Shown here: one piece after another, positions 48,455 to 57,000 of the stretch
Layout of the letters: each line of letters begins with the position of its first letter
Numbering within the stretch: position 1 is the stretch's first letter
DNA from: Verrucomicrobiota bacterium
Lineage (GTDB): Bacteria; Verrucomicrobiota; Verrucomicrobiia; Limisphaerales; AAA164-E04
Assembly: GCA_047947115.1 (NCBI GenBank)
Contig: CP170459.1
Span: 2,144,001-2,208,000, forward strand
Direction: 5' to 3'
Length of the DNA: 64,000 bases
The notes under the pieces: generated by a model
The model's database searches: none
What the model was told of the DNA's origin: nothing
The model's input: only the letters and a program-made list of their open reading frames with translations
Translations under genes and position numbers: made by a program

Positions 48455-50134
48455 TCAGTTGGCTGAGCTGGTGTCCTCGGAGGAATTGGCTGTCACCATC
48501 TGGACGGAGGCCATTTCCTGCTGGAGCCATTCGGAGATTGCTTCGCTGCGGCGGGTTTGACGCAGTTGCTTGGTGAAGTCGGCCAGTTCTTCGTTCATTT
48601 TGGTTTCATCTGCTTCGACGAAATCTTTCAGGAAGAGGATGCCGGCTCCTTCTGTGGTGTTGCTGACTTCGCTGACGTCTCCCGGTTCAAGGGAGAAGGC
48701 CAGGTCCTGCAACCAACTGACGGTAATGCGACGATCGGTGAGCCCGTCCAATGTGCGCGAAGCCAATGAAACATTCGGGACTTCCACAATGGTTTGTCCC
48801 AGTTCGGTGCAGGCTGCTTCAAATGTTTTCCCTTCGGCCATGGCGGCTTTGAGGCTTTCATGAAACTGGGTTGCTTCATCACGGGCCGCCTGGAGTTGCT
48901 GATCGCGCCGGAAGTCCGCCACGACACGTGCCCTTACTTCGTCCAGTGTGGGGGGATGATCGGGAATGATCTCTTCCAGTGCAAACAGGTAGATCGCGTC
49001 CGATGCCTCGAATGGGGTTGCAATGGGGTCTTCTTCGCTTAATTCAAATGCCCGCTGCGTAAAGGTAAACGACACTCCAAGTCCCGGTGCGAGCTGATTG
49101 CGCGAGAATTCCGTGGTCACTTTGGATTCCATTCCTCCTTCGACGGCCAATTGCTCAAGCACTGCCGATGAGTAGGCTTCAAAGTTTGCGAAACCTCTCA
49201 TGAACTTTTTCGTTTCCTCGACAGCGACTTCCAGTCCCGCCTTTTTAAGTTCTTCCTCCCTGATCTGCTCTTTTGCCTCTTCAGCAGAGAGTACTTCGCC
49301 GTTTCGGGTGAAGGAATTGGTGCCGCGGTTCAGATAGATCGCATCGATCATGCTCTGGAGGTTGGTGCTTTGATTGAGCTTGGTTTCCGCTTCGGCCAGG
49401 TAGTTGGTGGCCGCGAATTTCACGTAACGGATCTTGCGTTTTTCTTCGACGCGGTAGAGGGCCATGTTGTTGGTGAAATAATCCTCCAAACCCACCAGAT
49501 CCTGACCAGCCGACATGTGGTTGGTCCGGGAGAACATGACAGCCGATGTGGATGCTGCCAGATTACGGCTCTTGTAAAGTCGTTCTGCTTCCCCCTGGGT
49601 CACCATGTCTCCGCTCAGACTGACCAGGGAGGTCAACTGGCCAATGCCAATGGTGTTGGCCGCATACCGATGCAGGTCGTCCTCGGAAATGCCGCGAGAT
49701 TTGATGGCAGCGAGGACGCTGTCATAGAGTTCGTTGCGAAATGCTCCCGTGGCCGGATCGGAAAAGGAGTTGACCTTCCACTTGGCAATGGATTCAGGGC
49801 CGACCTGGATGTTCATCTCCTCCAGCTTGCGAATCAGCATCAAACGGTTGACGGCTTCCCTGGAGGGATCGAAACCGAATTGGGTGCTTAGTTGCTCCGG
49901 CCACTGTCCCATGTTCAGGAATACCTGAAGCGAGATTTCCTTGTAAGCTTCGTAGTAGTCGGTTTGCGTAATGGGTTGACCTTTATAGGTTCCAACTACT
50001 GCGTCAGAACCGGATCGTCCCCCCGCACCTCCCGAACCCACAGTCGGGGTAAAGAAGATGACAAAGGACACAATGACCACCGCAATGATGACGATGAACA
50101 ACCATTGCTGATGTTTTCGAATATGTGCAAACAT
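48455..50134 (-). CDS. SurA N-terminal domain / PpiD-like membrane-anchored chaperone
   Basis: MFAHIRKH, a TM ending SFVIFF, EKRKIRYVKF and PTLDEVRARV; typical PpiD layout. Confidence 0.82.
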   Translation of the reverse strand: MFAHIRKHQQWLFIVIIAVVIVSFVIFFTPTVGSGGAGGRSGSDAVVGTYKGQPITQTDYYEAYKEISLQVFLNMGQWPEQLSTQFGFDPSREAVNRLMLIRKLEEMNIQVGPESIAKWKVNSFSDPATGAFRNELYDSVLAAIKSRGISEDDLHRYAANTIGIGQLTSLVSLSGDMVTQGEAERLYKSRNLAASTSAVMFSRTNHMSAGQDLVGLEDYFTNNMALYRVEEKRKIRYVKFAATNYLAEAETKLNQSTNLQSMIDAIYLNRGTNSFTRNGEVLSAEEAKEQIREEELKKAGLEVAVEETKKFMRGFANFEAYSSAVLEQLAVEGGMESKVTTEFSRNQLAPGLGVSFTFTQRAFELSEEDPIATPFEASDAIYLFALEEIIPDHPPTLDEVRARVVADFRRDQQLQAARDEATQFHESLKAAMAEGKTFEAACTELGQTIVEVPNVSLASRTLDGLTDRRITVSWLQDLAFSLEPGDVSEVSNTTEGAGILFLKDFVEADETKMNEELADFTKQLRQTRRSEAISEWLQQEMASVQMVTANSSEDTSSAN

Positions 50135-50318
50135 GGCTTTTTAAATCAATATCTCGTCTACCCAGGCTTCCTGAGGACGTCTGCGTTTTATAATGTCAAA
50201 GTGGCGCACAGTAAACAAGCCCGTGGTCACAGGTCAAATCCAAAAACAAATGATTTCACAATAGCTTCCATTTCCGAATCATCTTTACAGTCCGGAAGGT
50301 CTTGGGTATCGCTGTTGC

Positions 50319-50720
50319 ATGATGCGTTCCATGAGCTTCAAAATTCTTGTGTTCACCGTGACGGTTTTGCTTCAAACCGGTTGTGTGAAAACCACCATCG
50401 TGAACCTGACTCCTTCGAAATTACCCCGCAACTCGCAAGGTGTTTACCGTTTTGAAGCGGCATGGGACAGCAATCAGAAAACCATTCGAGAAGATTCCAT
50501 CCAAGGCTATGTCGTGTTGGATGGGGTGAATGTTCCCATGGAACGAGTTCAAGTGGTTGAGGATAGGTGGGAGGTTCTGCTTCCGTTGGACCAGTCGCCG
50601 GATGGCCATACCTATCAGTTGAAGTTTGATTACCTTTACGACAGTTTTCCGGAACCCAAACCGGACAGCCTTCGGACTCAGCCCTACAGGTTGGATATCG
50701 TCGAACCTAACAGCCCATAG
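50319..50720 (+). CDS. Hypothetical lipoprotein
   Basis: Lipobox-like LQTGC after a hydrophobic stretch; the 3' end overlaps the comEC 3' end by 37 bp. Confidence 0.7.
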   Translation: MMRSMSFKILVFTVTVLLQTGCVKTTIVNLTPSKLPRNSQGVYRFEAAWDSNQKTIREDSIQGYVVLDGVNVPMERVQVVEDRWEVLLPLDQSPDGHTYQLKFDYLYDSFPEPKPDSLRTQPYRLDIVEPNSP

Positions 50721-53176
50721 TCGCGGGACCGTTCTCCCCCAGGGGCAGTGGCCGCTGGGCCAATCACCACAGGTTCTCCTTCGGTCGGAATGACCCGGAC
50801 CACCCCTTTGGCAGACTCCAAACGTATCATTTTCCTTGTGCCTGTGTCCCATATGATCGGATTTGACTGAAAAGGATGCTTTTTCAACTGATCGATCCAT
50901 CGGTCCCTTCGGTCAGGGGCAATTCCGGTCACCAGAATCAATTGCGGCCCAAGTGAATCCATCCAGTAGTAGTTGGGAGAAATGTCTTCTTTCGGGCGAT
51001 TGATTACCAAGATATCGGCATGCAGGTTTGGATGCCGGTTGGAAAGTGCGATTACACCGTCCCGGCTGAGGTCCCCCGCGAATAGAATCTGGCAGTCTCC
51101 CCATTGAACCAAACCTACCAGGTTGGTGTCGTCCGCTCGCCGAAAACCGCTGCCGATGGGGGGATGCAGGATCTTCATTTGTCCGATCGAAATCCCTTCA
51201 CCGATGAGTTCCATTTTCCATCCATTCGTTTCTGCAGTGGCCAGTAGACTTTTGTAGTAGGGTGATCGGTAGCCATCCTTGTAGGAAACGATTCGTTGCG
51301 GAGGGTAGCGGTGAATCAAATCTTCATATCCGCCTATGTGGTCCGCATCCCCGTGCGAGATCCAGAGGTCATTCAATCGGTTGACGCCCCTGGATTCGAG
51401 GAAGGGGATGAGTGTCCGCAAGACGGTTCGTCGACTTCCTCCATCGATCAAAGAATCGTGCAACTCACCTGCCTGATTCATCCAGATCGCATCTCCGTCC
51501 TCGATCGGTAAAAGCGAGATTTCCTGTTTGCGCCAGGACAGCTCGATGTGTGTCAGCACAAGAAGAAGAGTCAGTGCCCCACAACCATATACGGCCCGCT
51601 TTCTCCAAATGTGCTTTTGGCACCCCATGGCGATGAGCACAAGAAATGCGTAATAATACCATAGGACCGAAGCCGGCAGTGGGCTGACATGGAAGTGTGA
51701 CAGGGGAAGTGACGACATCCATTGTCCCATGCGCATCATACATTCCATCCAGAACCAGCCGCTGTGGTTGAAAAGTTCCGTCAACCACGGTGCCCAGGTT
51801 GCGCAAGCCAGACTGCCCATGGCACAGGTGATGGTCGCTCCGGCAAGCGGTACCATCAGTATGTTTCCTGCCAGCCCCACCGGTGTCACCAGATGAAATT
51901 GTTGCCAGATGATGGGCAGCGAACCGATCCAGGCAGCCAGCGAAACGGAAAGAGCTGCAGCCAGTTTACGCGCACACCAGTTCCGGCACCGTTGGGGGGC
52001 GCTGAGCCGCTCCTTGAGTATCCATGGATCCGATTCTAGCCGTTTTGACAGGAATTGCCGAATGGGTTCCGAGGTGGTGGCCAAGCCCAGAACGACTCCG
52101 AAAGACAGTTGGAAACCAATCTGGAACAGCTGGGTGGGCTGCCAGATAAGCACGAACCAGGCAGCGGTAAAAAGGGAGTTGAGCAGGGTGTGCGGTTTCT
52201 TCAGGATCCAACCGCTCAACATCACCGATGTCATGATTCCCGCACGAATCGCCGAGGTTTGCCAGCCGGTGATCGCCACATAACACCACATGGCCACCAA
52301 GGTCCATGTTCCGGCGTGCCACCTTGATCGAATCACCCATTGCATGCCTGCGAGCAGAAGTCCGGTCACCATGGCCACATGCAACCCGCTGATGGCAAAC
52401 AAATGCATCGATCCTGACCAACGAAATGGTTCGATCATGTCCTCGTTCAACCAGGATTTCAGGCCCAGCACCATGGCCCCTCTCAATTGGGTTGCCTCAT
52501 CCATTTCCGGCAGACCATGTGAGAGAGCATTCATTGCCCATATCCTGAATTGATCCGTCCATGGCCTTTTTGGAAGATCAGGTTCGGTCATTTGAATGGT
52601 CCAGGCATTCGGTGAATCTGCGTAAAGGATGTGGTGGATACCCTGCTGCTCCAGATAGGTTCGGTAGTCGAATAATCCGTCTGCGATCGGGCGGGCGGGA
52701 GTGGTTAAGACACCGGTGATCCGCACTGGTATCCCTTTGTAAAAGGATGCTGGAAGCATTCCCGAAGTTCGGACCCGGATCTGTCCTGTTGCGGGTATTA
52801 AATCTGTGGCATGAGCCAGTTGGTTAAGGTGTACTGTTGCCAGATTGCTATGTGTTTCCTGGCCGTTTATTCTGGATGTTTTTTGGCTGGGAGTTTCAGT
52901 CAAAACACCTTCGACGGTAACATACCAGCCTTCTCCGAGATCAAGATGGCGCACATCCGCCGGGTGGACCGGGCGGGTATGCATGGCATGAAGGCAAGCC
53001 CCGCTCGTGATCAACATGGCGATCAGCCAGCACGGCCTCGAACGTTTCATCTGGATGAAGCAAAGTCCCGTCCCAAGAAAACAGACCATCCAAAGGCCGA
53101 TCGGCAGTGGCAGCAGGTTGTTCAGACATATGCCACCCGCGAAAGCCAGCGTGATTTTGAGCATCGGGTGGTGCAT
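50684..53176 (-). CDS. comEC: ComEC/Rec2 competence protein (OB domain + Competence domain + metallo-beta-lactamase)
   Basis: FDYRTYL, HLFAISGLHV, SAIRA, GFQLSF, LIDGG, SHGDADH and LFAGD motifs. Confidence 0.92.
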   Translation of the reverse strand: MHHPMLKITLAFAGGICLNNLLPLPIGLWMVCFLGTGLCFIQMKRSRPCWLIAMLITSGACLHAMHTRPVHPADVRHLDLGEGWYVTVEGVLTETPSQKTSRINGQETHSNLATVHLNQLAHATDLIPATGQIRVRTSGMLPASFYKGIPVRITGVLTTPARPIADGLFDYRTYLEQQGIHHILYADSPNAWTIQMTEPDLPKRPWTDQFRIWAMNALSHGLPEMDEATQLRGAMVLGLKSWLNEDMIEPFRWSGSMHLFAISGLHVAMVTGLLLAGMQWVIRSRWHAGTWTLVAMWCYVAITGWQTSAIRAGIMTSVMLSGWILKKPHTLLNSLFTAAWFVLIWQPTQLFQIGFQLSFGVVLGLATTSEPIRQFLSKRLESDPWILKERLSAPQRCRNWCARKLAAALSVSLAAWIGSLPIIWQQFHLVTPVGLAGNILMVPLAGATITCAMGSLACATWAPWLTELFNHSGWFWMECMMRMGQWMSSLPLSHFHVSPLPASVLWYYYAFLVLIAMGCQKHIWRKRAVYGCGALTLLLVLTHIELSWRKQEISLLPIEDGDAIWMNQAGELHDSLIDGGSRRTVLRTLIPFLESRGVNRLNDLWISHGDADHIGGYEDLIHRYPPQRIVSYKDGYRSPYYKSLLATAETNGWKMELIGEGISIGQMKILHPPIGSGFRRADDTNLVGLVQWGDCQILFAGDLSRDGVIALSNRHPNLHADILVINRPKEDISPNYYWMDSLGPQLILVTGIAPDRRDRWIDQLKKHPFQSNPIIWDTGTRKMIRLESAKGVVRVIPTEGEPVVIGPAATAPGGERSRDYGLLGSTISNL

Positions 53177-53179
53177 GTT

Positions 53180-53638
53180 TCACTCCTTTTTCCTGCGTGT
53201 TCGCCAGCGAATCCAGCCCATTGCCAGGGCGCCTCCCAGTGTGTCGATACCGACGTCTACCGGGCTGCCGACACGTTGATCCGTCAGGGTTTGATGCCAT
53301 TCATCGGTTCCGGCGTACAACAGGCAAATAATCAAACAGCCTGCCGCATAAGCGGGTTTCCAAACCTGTAACGGACGATGTTGAGTAGCATTGAGGGCGC
53401 GATACCAAAGAAGAAACAGGATGGCATATTCGGTAAGGTGCCCCGCTTTTCGAACCACCAGCTGAATGGAGGCAATTGTGGCGTCGGCGATGTCCGGAAC
53501 AAAAAATCTCAGCAGGGGACCGATTAGTCGGGACGTTTGATGACCGGAAAAATGGTCCGTTGAAAAGAGCGAGATGACAGCCATCCAGATTAATGGTGGC
53601 AGCCAGAACTTCATCCAATGTCTGATAGCGATGGACAT
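53180..53638 (-). CDS. VanZ-like family membrane protein
   Basis: VRKAGHLTEYAIL and YAGTDEWHQ..R.GSPVDVGIDTLG motifs. Confidence 0.92.
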   Translation of the reverse strand: MSIAIRHWMKFWLPPLIWMAVISLFSTDHFSGHQTSRLIGPLLRFFVPDIADATIASIQLVVRKAGHLTEYAILFLLWYRALNATQHRPLQVWKPAYAAGCLIICLLYAGTDEWHQTLTDQRVGSPVDVGIDTLGGALAMGWIRWRTRRKKE

Positions 53639-53655
53639 GATTGTTGATGGTTTGC

Positions 53656-53832
53656 AAAAGGGAGTCCGGACAGTCTGACGCGGTTTTACCGTCCGGTTCT
53701 ACTCCGGGGGACTGCCTGAAGCCTGAACCAGTGGGCTGTCGCAGCAATCAATGCGAAGGCATCGACCAACATCTCGTATGCCGGATGCTCGTCTCAGCAG
53801 CGTGATACGGAATCGTAAAGCCGAAGGACAGC
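53656..53832 (-). ncRNA. Candidate structured cis-regulatory RNA ending in a terminator-like hairpin
   Basis: Multi-stem junction plus GGAGT..CCGGACGGT/ACTGTCCGG-ACTCC-CUUUU; G-U pairs favour the minus strand. No family recognised. Confidence 0.4.
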
Positions 53833-53844
53833 GCCATCAAGCAT

Positions 53845-54078
53845 TCAAAAATTGAATTTGTCGTTCATGCAACCACACTGAGGGCAGCGCGCTCGATCGA
53901 CCGTGGGGTCATCCGTATAAACAAAAGCGCAATCCGAGCATCGAAACACATGGTCATCGGTTTCCTTGGGCTCGAAGCGACGGCGTCGGATGTCCGAATA
54001 TACCGCACAAAGCAGCACTGCGGCCAAGGTAATTGAAACGTAGGCTATCATCCATTCGCTCAAGGCGCTCACGTTCAT
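53845..54078 (-). CDS. Small membrane-anchored zinc-ribbon protein
   Basis: One TM, then CSDC...CPQC; ATGA overlap with the upstream TonB-like gene. Confidence 0.8.
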   Translation of the reverse strand: MNVSALSEWMIAYVSITLAAVLLCAVYSDIRRRRFEPKETDDHVFRCSDCAFVYTDDPTVDRARCPQCGCMNDKFNF

Positions 54079-54863
54079 CGGACACCTCCCTCCGGTTGCG
54101 GTTGGATGACCGGCCTTGTTGTTTGTCGCAACCATTGGATTTCAACATCACCCCATTCCAGAGGTCCGGGAGATGCTTCGTTCCAGTTCGGATCCCGCTG
54201 AAACATCATGGTTTTAATTTTGCGAATGGCTTGTTGGACAAAATCCTGTTCGTTTTGGTCCCATGCAGAGGGGTTCTCAAGGCGCACCGATTGGACCAGT
54301 CCCAGGGGATCGATGCCAAGTTGCAGACGGGTCGGCTCCAAAGGCTCAGATCCGGTCCATGCAGGCAATTCAGGTAAGGAGTCGGGCAGCCTGTTTTGGA
54401 GGTTTTGACCGAACTGCAGCTGGGTTTGAGCTTGTGCGAAGGGATTTGGAGGCAGCGCCTCATTCAGTTCCGCACCGGGCTTGTCAATGGGTTTCCAAAG
54501 GTTCTCGGATAATCGATCGGAAAAATGAAGGAAAGAATGCCCCCAGTCGGTTTGTGGATGTTCCAGATAGCGGTAAGATTCCCCCCAGTCGCTGTATGGA
54601 TTTTGGTTTTCAAAGGATTTGTTCCAAAGGTCACTGGTGAATCCCCGTTCATTGGCCTGCGCCATCAGCAATGGATTTCTTACCAAGGGATGGGTTTTGA
54701 TGATGGGGTCCCAGGAAGTTCCTGCAGCCATTACCACTGATGAAGTGGGGAGCGTGCGTTTTGCCTTGGCCGGATCATGCAGGGGCACCTGGTAAAAACA
54801 GATCATCACCCCGTGAAACAGGGCGACCGCACCATAAATGCTCCATGTCCTTTTGTTGATCAT
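54075..54863 (-). CDS. TonB-like energy transducer (divergent)
   Basis: N-terminal TM containing His (ALFHGVM), Pro-rich middle, TonB_C-like end (LGIDPLGLVQSVRL..QAIRKIKTMMF). Follows exbB-exbD. Confidence 0.6.
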   Translation of the reverse strand: MINKRTWSIYGAVALFHGVMICFYQVPLHDPAKAKRTLPTSSVVMAAGTSWDPIIKTHPLVRNPLLMAQANERGFTSDLWNKSFENQNPYSDWGESYRYLEHPQTDWGHSFLHFSDRLSENLWKPIDKPGAELNEALPPNPFAQAQTQLQFGQNLQNRLPDSLPELPAWTGSEPLEPTRLQLGIDPLGLVQSVRLENPSAWDQNEQDFVQQAIRKIKTMMFQRDPNWNEASPGPLEWGDVEIQWLRQTTRPVIQPQPEGGVR

Positions 54864-54883
54864 GATCCCTGATCGCGCGGGGT

Positions 54884-55315
54884 TTATTTGGTCTGGAATG
54901 AAAATGGCTTCGTTTTGGTTGCCAGCAACGTGCGGGTCACTCCCGATTTGGAGGCGATGTGCGAAATCCTCGAAATAACCGACAGTTGCGTCGCTTCATC
55001 TCCCTGTATGACCAGGGTGGGCGGGGATTCAAATTTTTGGACCGCCTCTTTCAATCGATTTTCAAACTCCGTTTCCGGCACATGTTGACTTTCGAAAAAG
55101 ATTTTTCCATGAACATCGATGGCAATTGGAATCACTGGGGGTTGAATTCCCGGTACATCCTTATTTCCCAGATCCGGCAATTCAATTTGAACACCGGGGG
55201 AATACACCAGCAAGGTGCTGAAAATCAGCATCAGACACAGCAGGAAAAAAATACCGGCAAATGGAGCGACATCCAGTTGACCGCGGAATATTTTTGCGTT
55301 TCGCGGAAATTTCAT
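54884..55315 (-). CDS. exbD: ExbD/TolR family protein
   Basis: LDVAPFAGIFFLL, VQIELP and LVIQGD motifs; the usual TM Asp appears replaced. Confidence 0.88.
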   Translation of the reverse strand: MKFPRNAKIFRGQLDVAPFAGIFFLLCLMLIFSTLLVYSPGVQIELPDLGNKDVPGIQPPVIPIAIDVHGKIFFESQHVPETEFENRLKEAVQKFESPPTLVIQGDEATQLSVISRISHIASKSGVTRTLLATKTKPFSFQTK

Positions 55316-55323
55316 GGTGCGAA

Positions 55324-55950
55324 CTAGTCCCTGTTTCCAAAGGTCTCGGTGACGATGCTGACGATTTCAGATGAAGCTTTTTCCATGTCCAGTACGATGG
55401 AATTGACACGGCTGACCAGATAATTATAAGCAGCATAACTGGGAATGGCGACTGCAATCCCCCCGGCGGTGCAGATCAGGGCCTTCCAGATGCCTGCGGC
55501 CATTTCCGGAATACGGGCGTAGAGGCCGGCATCGGCTATATGCTTGAAGGTGTCCATCATCCCCAAAGCAGTGCCCAACAATCCGATCAATGGCGCGATC
55601 TGCGCAACGGTTGCCAAGAGATTTAGTTTTTCTTCCAGGCGCGGCACTTCCATCAGGCCTGCTTCTTCCAGCGATTCTCTTACACCGTCCTTGCCTTGTT
55701 CTCTGCTGAGAATCGCGGCCTTGACCAATCGCGCCACCGGCCCCGGGGTGGCTTCACAAATCGAAATGGCCTCCACGACGTTGTCCCGTTTTAACACGTT
55801 GCGAACGCCGTTGATGAATTCCATGGAATTGATTTGAGATCGGTGATAATGCAACAATCTCTCAAGAAACACCCCGATGGCGGCGATGCTTGCAATAACA
55901 AGCAGCCACATCACGGGGCCTCCCTGCACGATAAGTTCCGGCGTTCTCAT
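55324..55950 (-). CDS. exbB: MotA/TolQ/ExbB proton channel protein
   Basis: GGPVMWLL, IAPLIGLLGT and GIWKALICTAGGIAVAIP motifs. Confidence 0.93.
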   Translation of the reverse strand: MRTPELIVQGGPVMWLLVIASIAAIGVFLERLLHYHRSQINSMEFINGVRNVLKRDNVVEAISICEATPGPVARLVKAAILSREQGKDGVRESLEEAGLMEVPRLEEKLNLLATVAQIAPLIGLLGTALGMMDTFKHIADAGLYARIPEMAAGIWKALICTAGGIAVAIPSYAAYNYLVSRVNSIVLDMEKASSEIVSIVTETFGNRD

Positions 55951-56079
55951 GACTGTCTTATAGGCTCCAAATCGACCACCCGCAAGAGTGATCCAAGGAA
56001 AATACTTTTTGAAAAAGGGGCATAAGTGTGGAGGGGGGACATTTTTTCCTTGCCCAAAGCACGAAGCAACTTTGATGGA

Positions 56080-56526
56080 TCAAATCCTTACTTTGATCAC
56101 TATTTTTTTGACCTGCCGAGATTCCTGAATCGATATGCCGGGCATATGGGCGTCTTGAGGCTTGAGGAGGGCGAACATCCCGGGACGGAGCGTAACGAAA
56201 TTTCCGTTACCCTTCAGTTTATAGAAATCCCGATCTTCGTCATAAGGCTCCGCCACCATTGAGGACACCGGCGCATATCCTATTTGTTCCTCCCCGGAAA
56301 TGACGCATTGCACATCCAGATGTTTGAGGTGGGCCTCCCAGAAACCATCGGCCATGGGTTTCGTTTGATACGATTCCACTATTGCAAAGACTCGATCCCC
56401 ATCCACCGTGTGGCGTCCTGGTTCGAGGTCATCCATATCCGTCTCCTGCAGAAAACGCAAAGCGGTCCGGATACCTTCACTCAGATCAAAATATTCATCT
56501 GCCTTACAGATTTCGTCGATAATCAT
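56080..56526 (-). CDS. YhcH/YjgK/YiaL (DUF386) family protein
   Basis: WEAHLKHLDVQ..GEE, PQDAHMP and KKIVIKV motifs. Confidence 0.92.
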   Translation of the reverse strand: MIIDEICKADEYFDLSEGIRTALRFLQETDMDDLEPGRHTVDGDRVFAIVESYQTKPMADGFWEAHLKHLDVQCVISGEEQIGYAPVSSMVAEPYDEDRDFYKLKGNGNFVTLRPGMFALLKPQDAHMPGISIQESRQVKKIVIKVRI

Positions 56527-56703
56527 GCGTCTGGTTTACACAACCGGAACTTGGACTTGAAGTCCAAAAGCAGGCTTGGTAGGGCATTCCACTCCAACAT
56601 GCCCACATTGATCAGCCAGAATGACAATCTTATCCGCAGAAATGGAAGGAACAATGCACGGCTTGCTTTGACATGCTCCCCTGTGCCAAGTCATGATCCC
56701 ACA

Positions 56704-56880
56704 ATGTCTGATCATTTAACATGCGAATGCCCCTATTGCGGATGTGAATCATCCGTTCCGGTAGATGTTTGGGATGGTGATTGGGAGACGGTGAGTGATT
56801 GTGAAAACTGCTGTCGTCCATTCCGCATCATCGCCACCTTGCATGCTGGGAAAGTTGAGGATTTCCAGGTCGAATGTTGA
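56704..56880 (+). CDS. CPXCG-motif cysteine-rich protein
   Basis: CPYCG...DCENCCRP. Confidence 0.85.
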   Translation: MSDHLTCECPYCGCESSVPVDVWDGDWETVSDCENCCRPFRIIATLHAGKVEDFQVEC

Positions 56881-56932
56881 CGAGGTATCATGACCCCGCT
56901 CGGATCCAGCTCCTTGTTTTGTCAAACCTGAT

Positions 56933-56962
56933 AAAGAAAGCCCGCCTTCAGGGAAGGCGGGC
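56933..56962 (-). terminator. Rho-independent terminator
   Basis: GCCCGCCTTC-agg-GAAGGCGGGC with an A-rich tract on the + side. Confidence 0.75.
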
Positions 56963-57000
56963 CTGGTTCGGGATTCGAAGATATGATACGGCTCCCTAGT

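Noticed and set aside
53180..53638. Glycopeptide-resistance interpretation of the VanZ-like gene
   Set aside because: VanZ-like proteins are widespread and no other van genes are present.
53656..53832. 6S RNA, tRNA, SRP or RNase P identity for the structured spacer
   Set aside because: No end-to-end 6S rod, no TTCG T-loop or CCA, and no SRP or rnpB signature; kept only as an unknown structured RNA candidate.
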